From Schmidtea polychroa (Eukaryota), in contig CM097886.1 of assembly GCA_044892525.1 (NCBI GenBank), forward strand, positions 9,300,001 through 9,364,000: DNA of 64,000 nt, given 5' to 3'. Positions 51,725 to 63,963 of the stretch are shown here, piece after piece; within the stretch, counting starts at the first letter, position 1; each line of letters begins with the position of its first letter. Made by a program: the position numbers and the translations under genes. Under the pieces are notes generated by a model. The model had not been told where the DNA came from. It saw only the letters and a list, made by a program, of their open reading frames with translations, and ran no database searches.

Positions 51725-52228
51725 TATATATATATATATATATATATATACGTAGAGCTCCAGGTAGCATTAAAATTCGGCATATGTAGATCTTTTATAA
51801 CAAGACTCATGCATATCTTTTTAGCTTATTATGGCATATCAGTATATCTGATATTTTGGTTAATAATTTTTATTTCTAGAATGCAGAGCCATCAGATATC
51901 TCAATATCAAGGAAGACAAGGAAGACATAGCACTACTGAAGGAGAAACTCATATATAAAAACCTGGAGAAGCAGGTAACTGAACAAAGTCGAAAAGGGCA
52001 ACGGCACTGGTTCTACGGTCATTGCTCAGGCATACCCAACAATTTCAAATTCGACGAGGCCCCAAAACGTCAAATGATAATTTCAAGAATCCCGGGCAAG
52101 CATAACGCCAGCATTAGGCTTACCGATGTCATGCATGAGTTTGGCAGACATATCTGACCAACCACCTGTGGATACACGCCATTAACAAACCATTTACGGT
52201 TTATGTTCCTGGTGCCACAAATTCTATT

Positions 52229-52890
52229 TTGCAGCAAAAGCATACAACCCTCGAAATATCTCACTATTATGTGAGGGAATGGACACCATCGTCGCAATGG
52301 AAATCTTGGAACCCCACAAGGAGACACAAACGAGATGGGTCAGCGAACCAAACTGGAGATACAATGTCAATGACAATGATATCAAAACGTTTGGACCCCA
52401 GACAAGAGGATAACCTCACCATTTTCCTAGCAGCTCATTACGCCACACTACGACAATTCCTCAAACCAGCCATTGTGGCAATTTCAATTTCGCATTTTAA
52501 CGGCGATTTAATCCTCAACACTAGAGTTACCCCCAGATCACAGGTCAAACATTACCAATCACATGCGCATGTTATGACCGAAAGGGAAATAACCGGACAG
52601 TTTGATGGAGAAGACTGTGCCGAAAGAATTAGGAAATTCTGCAATGGGAAAATCATCGTGGGATTATTGGTAAAGGATCTATTGGAAGTAATTAGATTTC
52701 CAATGCAACGCGCCCTCGGAATCCGTGAGTTAAGCGCAGCTAAATGCCTCGAAAATAGGGACTTAAAGAAATGCAACGGGTATTACCGTTTGGCATATTT
52801 GGCATATTTTGGCGCATCGTTTCTCGGACCTTCAAACAGGGAATGATGTTACGACTATTAAGGAAATATATGACAATCTGCGAGATATCT
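52229..52890 (+). pseudogene. ISG20/REX4-like DEDDh exonuclease domain with degenerate catalytic motifs
   Basis: AIVAISISHFNGDLILNTRVTPRSQV...GKIIVG aligns with REX4 [26 protein letters not shown]...GRILVG; NDVTTIKEIY in a shifted frame matches EDARATMELY; Exo I DxE replaced by AAH. Confidence 0.68.
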
Positions 52891-53994
52891 GAATTGATGA
52901 TATTTCACCCGATACCCGAAAATGTGGTGACATCACAAATAAAACAAACGGAACCAGAAACCTCAAGCATGCATAAACCCTTAGCTATGGAGAACTATGT
53001 AAAAGAAGACATGCCCAGGTCCAAGTTAATGAAAATAGTGGAAGAAGATTCCTTGTCGCCGCCAGCCATCTCAATTGCTGACGAAGACGATTATGCCACT
53101 TGCGAGAGCGCAGATGATAATTGCCTCCAAGTCACGCTTACCAATGATGGTAGAGTGGTGAATTCTGCTAAAATGGAAACGGAAAAATCACCACCAGCAG
53201 AAAAACTGGTTGAAAACGTCACCAAGATCTTGAAAGCATTGGCCCCGTTGATCGAATCCAAGGGAGGAGCAGAAGGAGGAGCATTACCACAAGCTGTAGT
53301 ACCACTACTCAAACTACAATACTTGAAATTCAAAATGAAGACAACGGTCGAACCCACCCAGAAAGAGGCAAGGGAGAAAAATGTCCCTACCTCTACAAAA
53401 AGAAAAAAGGAGATCCTAATGAGTACAAAAAAGAAAATGCCTAGGATATCCATCCAGGATTAGGATGACGATCTGCTAGAAACTCACTATCAGCCACCAG
53501 ATCCAGCATTGACCAAGATATTGACAACAAAGGTCGAATCCATGGTTGCAGGAGAGCCAATCATAGTGAAAGAAGGCGAATTCATTGGAAGAGGTAACTC
53601 AACTAAAATACGGGAAGATGCCGACAGAGAAGATCCTAGTTGGTGGCAGAGACCCGATAGTAAATGGAAACCGCGTATCAAGGAATACGACGGAGGCCCA
53701 ATTCATGAAGTAGCCGTGTCCAATTTCCCCGATTACGGAGTATTGGAGGCGGCTAATGAGGGTTCTTATATCATCTCATCAATCGTGTACAAAGAAGTAA
53801 GTACACGGGAGACATTGGTGGTCAGTTACAGACCGGACATAGTAGAACAAAGAATCCGTAATGACAGTGCCAAAGTCATGAAAAAGAGAAAATATCAGCA
53901 ATTCTGCTATGTATTCAACAAACCTAGCTATTTGCTATACGTCCTCAATCCCAACACCTTCGACAATCCAATCCAATCCAATTATTCAAATTGA
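52771..53994 (+). CDS. Accessory ORF pair of unknown function separated by one in-frame TAG (53461-53463)
   Basis: Both ORFs in the same frame; near-identical copy on the minus strand at 34707-35546. Confidence 0.55.
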
Positions 53995-54102
53995 TAAACA
54001 TTTACCAAACAATAACATTTGATCTATCCTATAAGAACAATAATTGATTATTCTGATTTTGTGATTTGAAACTTTGATCTAGTTGTTATTTATTATTGCT
54101 TG

Positions 54103-54154
<52 letters not shown>

Positions 54155-54256
54155 ATCAGTTTATTTAATTTTAATTTTAATTTTTGTTATCAGCTGCAAC
54201 GGCCCTGTCTTTACCGCTTTAATTTTCGGGACGAAAATCTTGTTAGAAGGAAGACA

Positions 54257-55260
54257 TGTTGGGGTTCAGTAGGAACCGGAACTAAAAGTATTAGGAAAGC
54301 TTTAGAATTAAATAAAGATTAATTATTAATAGTATTAAATAAATACCAAAAATAGAATTAAAATTACTAAGTTTAGAACTTAATTATAAATAGTAATAAA
54401 CAATTACTATATTTAGATTTTAAATAATTATAGTATTTTATTATATATTATATACACAAATTTAGTAATTAAATAATTACTAAAAATAGATGTAGTAAAA
54501 AATAGTATAAATATAATTAAAAATTTAGTTTTAGGGACGACAAAAAATTATTACGAAAATAAGAAGAAGAACAAATATTTAAGGCTCACCATTATTAACT
54601 TAGTTATCGATCAAGCACAATCCAGGATATTTATAGAATCACTAACTACTAGTGTCGATCAGAAATTTAGATTCACTGAATACTAGTGTCGATCAGAAAT
54701 TTAGAATACTAGTGTCGATTAGAAATTTAGATTCAATATTTAGCATCGATTGAAAATTTAGTCTCAATAATTATTTGGTTGGAATTTGAATCCAATATCT
54801 ATTAGCCTCAATTGAAATTAAGCTTAATAACCAATTTTCGGGTTCGCTTTTACTCAGTGCAGAATTATTAATCAGTTAGTTAATATTTATATATATATAT
54901 TAATACCTATCTCATTTTTCTCACAAATAAAGGGCACAGTCACCAGCCAACACTTTTTGTAGCTGTTTTGACTGTTTTAATTACAACTATTAACCATTTA
55001 TCTGGGTTAATTGTATAGCGGTAAAACCTTGGGAATCCCTCCTCTTTATCCGTTCACCTATATCGGGCTGTTGGCGCATTTAGGGCCAGCCTTGATTCTT
55101 TGAAATAATCTTTAGGGCGGTTTGTATAACCGATATCTGTACTTTAGCGTGCAGCTAGTTATTATTTGGTTATCGTTTTGTATTTAATATATATTTCGTT
55201 TAACTAAATCTTTAATTCATATTGTTATTTATTTGTTTAATATTCACGCGCAACCTTACA
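54257..55260 (+). repeat. 3' LTR, 1004 bp (TGTTGGGG...CCTTACA)
   Basis: Preceded by purine tract AGAAGGAAGA; the same boundaries in the inverted copy at 33273-34432. Confidence 0.88.
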
Positions 55261-55324
55261 TGTAATTTGTGGAGTCAAATCTTTTTGAGTTAGATTGAAC
55301 TACCCATCGAACCTAACAGATACG

Positions 55325-55990
55325 TATTTGAGTATTGCTCACAAGGGTACTGGTCACACTTAACAAGTCGCAAGGACATATTATTATTATTTTTCCAAGG
55401 TCATATGATTTTCAAAGTCATATTATTTTATAGTTCATATTATTTTTCAAGGTCATATTATTTTTTTTATTATTTTATTAATAGGTATTTGGGAATTGCT
55501 CACACAGGTACTGGTCACACTTAACATGTCGCAAGGGTAAATTATTATTATTTTTTCAAGGTCATATTATTATTTTTATTATTTTATTGATAGGTATTTG
55601 GGTATTGCTCACAAGGGTACTGGTCACATTTTACAAGTCGCAAGGGTATATTGTTATTTTTTTCAAGGTCATATATTTTTTTTATTATTTTAATGATAGG
55701 TATTTGAGTATTGCTCACAAGGGTACTGGTCACAGTTAACAAGTCGCAAACGTATATTATTATTATTTTTTAAGGTCATATTATTTTTTTATTATTTTAA
55801 TTATTTTCACGGTCATGTTAATTTTTTTTATTATTTTAATGATTACTACTTGGGTTTATCTCACAAGGGTAGTGGTCATACTGAACAAGTCCCGAGGATA
55901 TATTTTTATTATTTTTCAAGGTCATATTATTTTTTTATTATTTTTATTATTTTCAAGGTTATTATTTTCCAAGGTCATATTATTTTTTTT
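55325..55990 (-). repeat. Array of about five TATTGCTCACAAGGGTACTGGTCACA units interspersed with TTTTCAAGGTCATATT
   Basis: Directly visible units near 55335, 55495, 55603, 55710 and 55858; variable AT-rich spacers. Confidence 0.9.
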
Positions 55991-56290
55991 ATTATCGCCT
56001 TATTGCCACCTTCAATCTTGATATAATTAAATCCAAGAATAGCATCTTTAAAAAGCGTATGAAAGAAACAATTATTAGGTATCGTAGCATCTGCATCACC
56101 CAAAGCCTTTTTATCTTTATCTACAACCTTGATCTTAACAGTTAGCAATGTTTCATTCAAATCTAAATATTCAGTTTAAGAACCATTGATCCAATAGAAT
56201 TCATTAGAAAACCTTCTTCGAAAGCTCCATATTCAATAACCGCTTGAGACGATGGTGGATCAAATATACACAATTTATATTTACCTCAAA
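55975..56290 (-). pseudogene. Polinton major capsid protein, N-terminal remnant
   Basis: IFDPPSSQAVIEYG...EYLDLNETLLTVKIKV...PNNCFFHTLF resembles Polinton MCP N-termini. Confidence 0.7.
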
Positions 56291-56332
56291 TCAATTTACA
56301 AATATAGTTCCAATGTCCTCCTATTTGTTTGT

Positions 56333-56608
56333 TTATATATGATGACCCGTGTTTTTTACATTTTGGAACATTTGTTGGGGTGGTTCTGTTTTTTCTTCTT
56401 TTTGAAACATACCCGCAACACTCGGTAAAGCTTTTCCTAGTTCGGATAAAGCATTAGTTTTTAGAGATGGTAATATCATTTGATCATTCATTGTGACATC
56501 TTTAGCAGTTTTCATACCAAAAATACTTATACGTTTAAGAATCGGGATTGCAAATCTACCAATTGTCCGCAACCAATATATACAAATTTCTAAGTCTAAA
56601 CTTTCCAA
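56333..56608 (-). pseudogene. Small basic/amphipathic Polinton protein normally adjacent to MCP
   Basis: GRFAIPILKR...GMKTAKDV...SLKTNALSELG pattern, immediately upstream of the MCP remnant. Confidence 0.5.
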
Positions 56609-57126
56609 AATTTATCCAGGCATATTTTATTTCAAAATTTTTCTAAGTCAAGTGTTGTGACCTTCACTTTAAAGTATTTTCATATTTTTAAAAAAATATT
56701 TCTAAGTATATTATTAAAACTTTTGTTCATTGTTCTCCCGTGTGTTGAAGAAATATGATTTTATTTCTATAATATAAGATTTTCTATGATTTATAATATA
56801 TGAATGATGTTATATTATGGCATTTGATGCTGATGTTATTCACTGTCTCGTTGTGAAGTATACCATTTTAATTCTATAATATAAGACTGGCGTGATCATC
56901 ATAATATATAGAAGTTGTTAAATTATGGCGTAAATTTAGAGACTTTGGAGCTCACTTCCATGGAAACTATGCATTTTTCTAAATAAAGACTATATATTTG
57001 AGTCTCCTATAAAATTCCGAGTTGGCCTGGATAATCTCCAGGGGTTTAGTGATGTGGATGGGACATGATGTGGATGGGACATGGTGTGGAATGGACATAT
57101 CCATATACTAGTAGAAATGAATTAAA

Positions 57127-57790
57127 AATGGAAAATATAGTTAGTGGTGATGAAATTAGCATGAGTAGTTGTGAAAAAATAGAAAAAAGGAATTCAAGAG
57201 AGAGATATTAGAGGAAATAAATGACGCGTTATATATTGGAGATGAAGACGAAATCAATGAAAAGTTACAGATGATTGAGAAATTAGAAATCGGAGAAAAC
57301 GATAAACTAGAAATAGCAAATTCAATACGACCATATTTATATGTGAAAACCATATATGCCAAATTATTAAGAAGTTTATTGCTCAGAAAGGCAAGAGTAG
57401 TGTTAAAGCCATTTTTGATAGCATTAGACTATGAAGAATATGGAAAAACGGAATATGTAGATGAGTATTGGTGTGCAAATGTCCGAAAATTGCGGCAGAG
57501 AGGGGCTGAAACAATGGGGAAAGATGCAATTATTATGCTAATTTACAAAGGTGACGAATATGAATACTTATATGATTGTGGATGTATACCACAAGAGCTG
57601 GATGAAAATGGATATTTGATCTGAGATGGACGAGCTGAATATTTAGTGAACCATATAGTCGTAGTAAAAGGAGTGAGTTTAGAAGTAAATATTGAGTCCA
57701 ACGAGACTGACACAGAGGGACAAGGTGAAGAAATAAATAAAAATAAAGAAATTGAGGAAATCATTAGTGGTGATGACACTGATAACTAAT
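57127..57790 (+). pseudogene. Decayed orphan ORF upstream of an LTR, probably a retroelement 3' accessory ORF
   Basis: About 220 codons in one frame with internal stops; followed by PPT and LTR at 58282. Confidence 0.4.
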
Positions 57791-58281
57791 GATAACATCT
57801 AATAAACCACTAAATTCATTTAAATGACAATATTTGGTATATCGAATTCTCTAAAATCATATAGAAAGCGACAAATTTCCCTGAAATATCTCTGTCTTTA
57901 TTATTACGTAATCACAACACCCCCCTTTTGTATCTGATGGGCTCACATCCTACTACTGCAAATTCAGAAAGCTTTAATTGTTTGAAAATATAGAAAATCA
58001 GTATTAAATTTTCATAGGAAATAATGTATAATATTATAAATTTTAATAAATAAATATATATATATATCTATATATCTTGTATGATCCCCTATTTCATAGT
58101 TGTCAGATTATTTTTACGGCAGATTTTGATTTAATATTTGCATTTACCTGTATTTTATTCGTATTTAGAAAAGGAAAATTACTGTCGGATGTTGATTATT
58201 ATTATTTATTATTATTATGATAAATGGAAATTATTATATACATGCAGATTCGAGAACGAATCTAAATTAAAGGGGAAGATA

Positions 58282-59115
58282 TGTTGGGGTTCAACAAGAG
58301 AGTTACAAAAATGAGGTGTAAATCAATAAAAATACCAAATTCACAATAATAATTTAAAGTACAAAATATTAAATAAAAAATCAAAAAAATTAAAAATGAA
58401 TATTTTCCAGGGAAAACTGGTATGGTCGTATGCTGAATAATGAAACAAGTTCAACTATAATAAAATAAAATTGATGGGGGTCCCTAGAAGGAATAAATTA
58501 CAAAAAACAAAAAATTTAATTAACTAATGGAGAACCCTAGTAAATGGGAAACCGGAGCTAATGGAAAACCCCATTGATGTGAGAGAACCTGAATTATCAA
58601 TTAAATTAGGAAAGGCAATTAGATTAGCTGACTCAAAATCAAATTGGGGAAAGCCGTCAAAGAAGATGGGGAAATTCCTCAAAGCAACAAAACGAAACCA
58701 CGGAGAAATTGGACCCGAATTAATTTAACAAAGCGAAATCAAATTAGAAGATGAATATAAAAGCGACTGGCAAGAAAACAGAATTGCTAGTTGGTCGAAG
58801 AAAAGTAAAAGAGAGATTTAGCGAGAGTAACAAAGAAAACTTTGAACTTAGTGTCAAATGAATATTTTAAATCGAGCGTACCAGAAAGGGACATCTCCCG
58901 TTGGAAGATTTATCCTTACGTAAAATTTACAGCTGTATTGAAAAGTGCAGACCAAAAAAGGGTTGTATCAAGTGTTGTTGAATCAATAAAAAGTGTAACC
59001 AAAGTGTAACTGTACTAGTCTCAAATAAAGATTTTTGTGTTGGATTGTTTACTTAATTTCAAAAAGAACACAAAGGAGTCAGACAGTGATACCGACTTGC
59101 ACAAAATACCCAACA
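58282..59115 (+). repeat. LTR-like sequence, 834 bp (TGTTGGG...CCCAACA) preceded by PPT AAAGGGGAAGA
   Basis: Start TGTTGGGGTTCA shared with the LTR at 54257; inverted terminal heptamer; AATAAA signals inside. Confidence 0.72.
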
Positions 59116-59248
59116 ATATAACCTTGAAAAAATAGTAATAATATTAATTATAATAATAATATACCCTTGTGACATGTTGAGCGTGACCAGTACCCTTGTG
59201 AGCAATACCCATAAGGGGACAAAATATTTTGTGGGATAAACTTTGACT
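59116..59248 (-). repeat. Terminus-like unit of the CAAGGGTACTG repeat family
   Basis: Reverse complement starts AGTCAAAGTTTATCCCAC and contains GGGTATTGCTCACAAGGGTACTGGTCAC. Confidence 0.6.
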
Positions 59249-61704
59249 ATGTTGGGCTGAGTCGAAAACATAATCGCCAAAAATTAAGATAGATAGGATG
59301 TGAATAAAATAAAATAGAACAACAAATTTTAAAATAAACAAATCCAGATATAAAAGAAACAATAAAGTAAGATATAAAGATTAAAACAAAAAAATAAAAA
59401 ATGAGAAAATTAAAATAAGGAAATAAGATAATGAATAAAATGACGAAAAATGCAACAAATAATAAGGAATTTAAGAAACAAATAAAAAATATAATAAAAA
59501 TAAAGGAAAATAAGGAAAACAACCAAAGAAATGGGAAAAAACAAATTAATTTAAAAATTAAAGCGGTACTCGATTTTGATTGGTCCGCATAAACGAAAAA
59601 TGCATATATAAGTAAACAGCAAACTCACTATAGTTAATGTTAAACCAAACCAATTACTGGTAAGAAAATAGTGTTAAGTTAGAATGTTAAACCAAACCAA
59701 TTACAGGTACTCGACTATCCAGACAATCACCGGACACTCAGACGACTATTAGAAACAATTCTATCGACGATCTATTCCTATAACCGATTTGATTAGCTTT
59801 TTCGGCTCAGCCTTTTGGAATCACCGATTCACGAACGATAAGTAAGGATGTGTTGTTATTGTACAATTTGGTAAATGTTTTTCAAAGATTAAATATTTTA
59901 TTACATTAACTTAACATGTTTAATAAAACTTCTTCATTCGATCTCACCTTTTAATGTTAATACCGTTTCATGATTTAATTTAAAAACTAATGGTATATGA
60001 ATATTTATGATATGTTTTTATCTTCGAGCTTTATTGATTATGATAAAATTATATTTGAGAAACGTGGAGTTGAGGAGACCCACGCCATGGTGTGAGGAGC
60101 CTTCGGGAGCTCAGCCGGTGGGTGTGGATCTCTTCAATCACGCAGCTGACGTGGGCCGGAATGTGGGGGTTTCCTCACGGGTCCGTCGCTGAAGGTAATA
60201 AAATTCTGCAAGAAATAGTTTAAAGTAGAGTGGAGTACATTTCAATGTTGAAAAGGGAGAGTAATCCTAACTGACAATGACTGAGGTGGCTACAAATTCT
60301 TATTTCTTAGACATCACACTCTGAAATTTCATCCGACATCAGTAATCGTCTATTTGCATCAACCGACACTCCATCTTCTGGTGATAAAACACTCTTCTGT
60401 CAAAATTCACGTCAATAGAGAAACTGAGTACTAATATGTTCGTTAAATGTTAAATAATAGTATAGGGAGTATAAATGAAAATTTATTGAACATATTTTTA
60501 ATACGAAGACATTTTTCGATAAACACTTTAATTTTCACCAAACGGTTTTCATTTCTCCTGAAATTTACAATAGCGGTAACATGAAGTCCTTTCAGTAAAA
60601 GACACCTTCGACCAATATTGTCCAGGTGAAGATCTTTCGAATAAGTCGCCGAAAATATCCACGAAATGATAATATCCAGGTAGAAAGCGAAGGAGACTGC
60701 ACATCATGAGAATAAAATCCAATGTCTACGTTCGATGAGAAATAATTATAGGCAGCATATTGACTTAACGAATTAGATCCAACTAGCGGTGTAGTATGAG
60801 CGGCTGTAAAACTTTAACGTTAGATAACGAGAGAACATACGAGACAAGTCACACGCACTAATACACACCAATACATACTTACATATGCCACATACAGTAT
60901 TTTCCCAGTCAGCTAATGACGCTGAGAATAGAAATTTAAATACACACACACGACGGGGTTGACTCAGATCGATATCTGACTACCTATTTCATGTTTCAAT
61001 TATCTATTTTAGAAAGCTATTTTTATGAGATTGATTTTATTGCAGGTGTTTTCTACGTGTGACTAATTATATCTTATATTAAATTTTAATTTGTGGAATG
61101 CTAATTTTGAACACCAGTATAACAATGGATGACAGCAAGGCGGGCTTGCATATACTTATAATAATTTAGTGTTAACCAGGGAACCTGCAGCTACTGATTA
61201 ATATTTTTTTTATGCGTGTCCGCGCGTCAGGGTGGGATTCTCGAATTATGTCGTTGGAAAACAATACTCTATTTAGTCGAGGAATCAGAATGCATTGGCA
61301 ATAAAATTTTTGTAGTTCATTTTAAAAGATATTATTTGATGAAGGTATTAGTTATCCAATCAATTACGTCGCCTATTTTTATGAAAGGAAGTTGAATATC
61401 ACCACGTCTAATTAATTATGAATTTTTGTCGACGGCAATTTGTTCTATTACACTAAAGGTAAGGGGGTCATGGCTTGTAAACCAACATGTAGGTAGATAA
61501 TATTCGGATTTAGCATCAATTAATCGAAGACTTTCTTCACCTCGTCATTATGATCCCTTTTACGTCGATTTAATTTGAACTACATTAAAGGTAATGTATA
61601 GCGTGTATGAAAATTAATAAATGATTATGCCCCCATGCTGGTTTAATTGAAATAGCTGGTTTTATTTTTATCTTTATTGTTTTTCTTCGTTATAGTCATC
61701 GAAA

Positions 61705-62404
61705 ATGTTGCCAAGCTCGAAGTCGTCTCTCAAACCCTGCTTCTCCTGCGCCGACAAAAACACCGTAATCAGAGAATTACAGGCCCAGATCGGTCGATAT
61801 AAAAAGAAAATCGACGATCTGGAAGGTACATGGTTTAGCCCAGTACAAATGAAGGAGGTGCAAAAGAAATTGTACCGCAGCGAGCATTGTCGCGATGCTT
61901 TGATAAACGAAAGTAGATCTCAGCGTAGCCTGATCAAAGAGCAGTCCGAAGCTCTACATAGAGTCTACGTCCAAGCAGCCACAACTTCCCCGTCCACCAT
62001 GACCCTTCATTCAACTCACCACCTTTATCTAAAAAGTCTTGTCGTGGGTGCGTAGAGGCCGACCTCTCCCCAGGCCAACGGACGTACTTATTCTCGGTAC
62101 CAGCAAGGCGTTGCCATCAACTACGACATCCTCAGTAACATCGTCTATCAACCCTTCGAAACCTAAGCGTCGTCAATTATCCAGAGCGGAGCGTAAAAAG
62201 CGTCAACGTGAGCGAGCGATCGTCAAACAACGTGAACCATCTTCCGACCACCCAAGTACTTCGAATGATCCCCCCGTAACGATCGATTTAACCGCAGGGA
62301 TCCCAGGGCGAATCATCTCTGCCGCTGGTGTGACTTGGGAGGAGAATGCCTCCGAGTTTTTCGATCTGGATGAATTATTGGCGGACGCAGAATGGGAGAA
62401 GTGA
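61705..62404 (+). CDS. Orphan ORF pair (coiled coil, basic stretch, acidic end) behind a strong splice acceptor
   Basis: Polypyrimidine tract plus AG just before 61696; higher GC than flanks; AATAAA at about 62542; no family recognised. Confidence 0.3.
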
Positions 62405-63963
62405 GAATCGCCACACAATACAACCATGCAGAGTGTTAATTGGCAACTAAACTATCATGACTCCTCTTCCTCTTAACCCGTTTTCCACTAATTTGTACCT
62501 GTCATGTAGTGCTTAATCGTAGAGTGTATTATCATAATAGAATAAAGCAATTTTGGTTATCTCTTATTGTTGTTTTGATTTAACTGGTCGTTGTAAAGGT
62601 TCAGAGTAGTAAATTTTTGAGTTCGAGAGGCAATAGTCAATTTTGTATCTCATTTTGGGTCAGGGTAGAGAGAGAATCTGATGAGGTGATCAGACGTAAG
62701 TCCTTCCATCGGCAGTCAGAAAAGGGAAGTCGAGGCCTCAGTAAGGAGTAGTCCTAAGGCAGGGGCTCACCTGCTTACTGGCGTCTCGCCGGCATAGCAC
62801 ATTTCCAACGTGAAGCAATTCACGGGTGCTATGTTGGAGGATAGGTTGTGCGAGGTCCTGCTCCGGGTTGACATAGGCATATGTAGCATAACGAAATGGA
62901 CACGCATCCCCTAGACAAGGGCGTAGATTGGTTAGGGTCAACCGAGCACTACCCCAGCAACTATATAATAAAACTTTATATAATAATAATGTCTTTGTTA
63001 ATTGCAATGTCATTGTTTAAATTGGGGTAGGAAAACACCTGCTCAATTAGTTTGATATATAGTTTTAAAAATTTGAAAATTTTTTGACTATCATACTCAT
63101 CTATAAATTACCTTTTGTTTGATATACATATTATAAGGTTTGAAAAAATTCGAAGATTTCTTTATCCTTTGAAGATTCACCATAAGCCTTTGAGGGTATG
63201 ACCATCATAATCCCTTCTCAAATACCTTTCAAATGAGCTATCAAATAATAAAATCCATTGGCGGGAACTTTTAAAATTCAAATTTAAATATTTGACCTTG
63301 ACTTTGAAATATTTTTTTTGGGGGGTGGGGGTACTTGTCTGAGCGGACTCATACCTTTCTACTAACCTGGATAGTAATAATATAGGAGAGTAGACTTAAT
63401 GCAGGAGCTCATCTGTACCTTGACACATCACCAACATGGCACAAGTCATGGGTGCCTTTTCGTGAAATAAATAGTCATTTAGGGTTTTCGAAATCTTTGC
63501 AAGTTGGAATAGGCATCTTTAGAATCAGCACGATACACACCTCATGAGTAGAACATTCACCCCTATATTCTTTCTTTTGAGCTTTGCCAATTTAACGGGA
63601 ATCCCAAAAGAACTTACAAAAAATTAAATTTAAAAATATTACCTTGAAAAAAAGAATATGATGGCAGTACCACATCCATCTAGTTGTCGGAAATAGTTAG
63701 TTAAAAAAATTTATTTAATTTGAGGAAGTTTCACAGTTTCCAGGGGTTTTAAAAGATTTCTATAGATTTTTATATGCGGGTATCAACTCCAATATAAACG
63801 ACAACTTAATTGCAATATAATATAATAGTCAGCGACACTGACAGTTTTTTTCTTAGAAATAAAAAAATTAAAATTAGATACATTACTACCGACAATCATT
63901 TTAGATAACTTATAAGACACCTCAAATTACGATCCCTGTCACCCATTATATTCTAGGAGCCTG

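Larger units (their letters stand above)
39640..55260 (+). mobile_element. Large 5'-truncated Ty3/Gypsy-type LTR element with a glycoprotein upstream of pol and multiple accessory ORFs
   Basis: Collinear + strand ORFs, Gypsy-type PR-RT-RH-IN, PPT and TG...CA LTR at the 3' end; no 5' LTR; interrupted by a hATm-like insertion at 48568-51724. Confidence 0.85.

Noticed and set aside
33273-55260. A 22-kb Polinton with 2.3-kb terminal inverted repeats
   Set aside because: The inverted repeats consist of retroelement ORFs, a PPT and a TG...CA LTR, not Polinton TIRs, and most of the interior is Gypsy sequence.
55325-55990. CRISPR-like array
   Set aside because: Spacers are low-complexity, mutually similar and variable in length; no cas genes; the context is eukaryotic.
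57780-57930. Small minus-strand LTR suggested by CACAACACCCCCC and a nearby TGGTAT
   Set aside because: PPT-like and PBS-like signals are in conflicting orientations and no second LTR copy is visible.
62670-62740. Hammerhead ribozyme at CTGATGAG
   Set aside because: The motif is sequestered in a local TCTGAT/ATCAGA hairpin, and I could not build stems II/III with a GAAA core.
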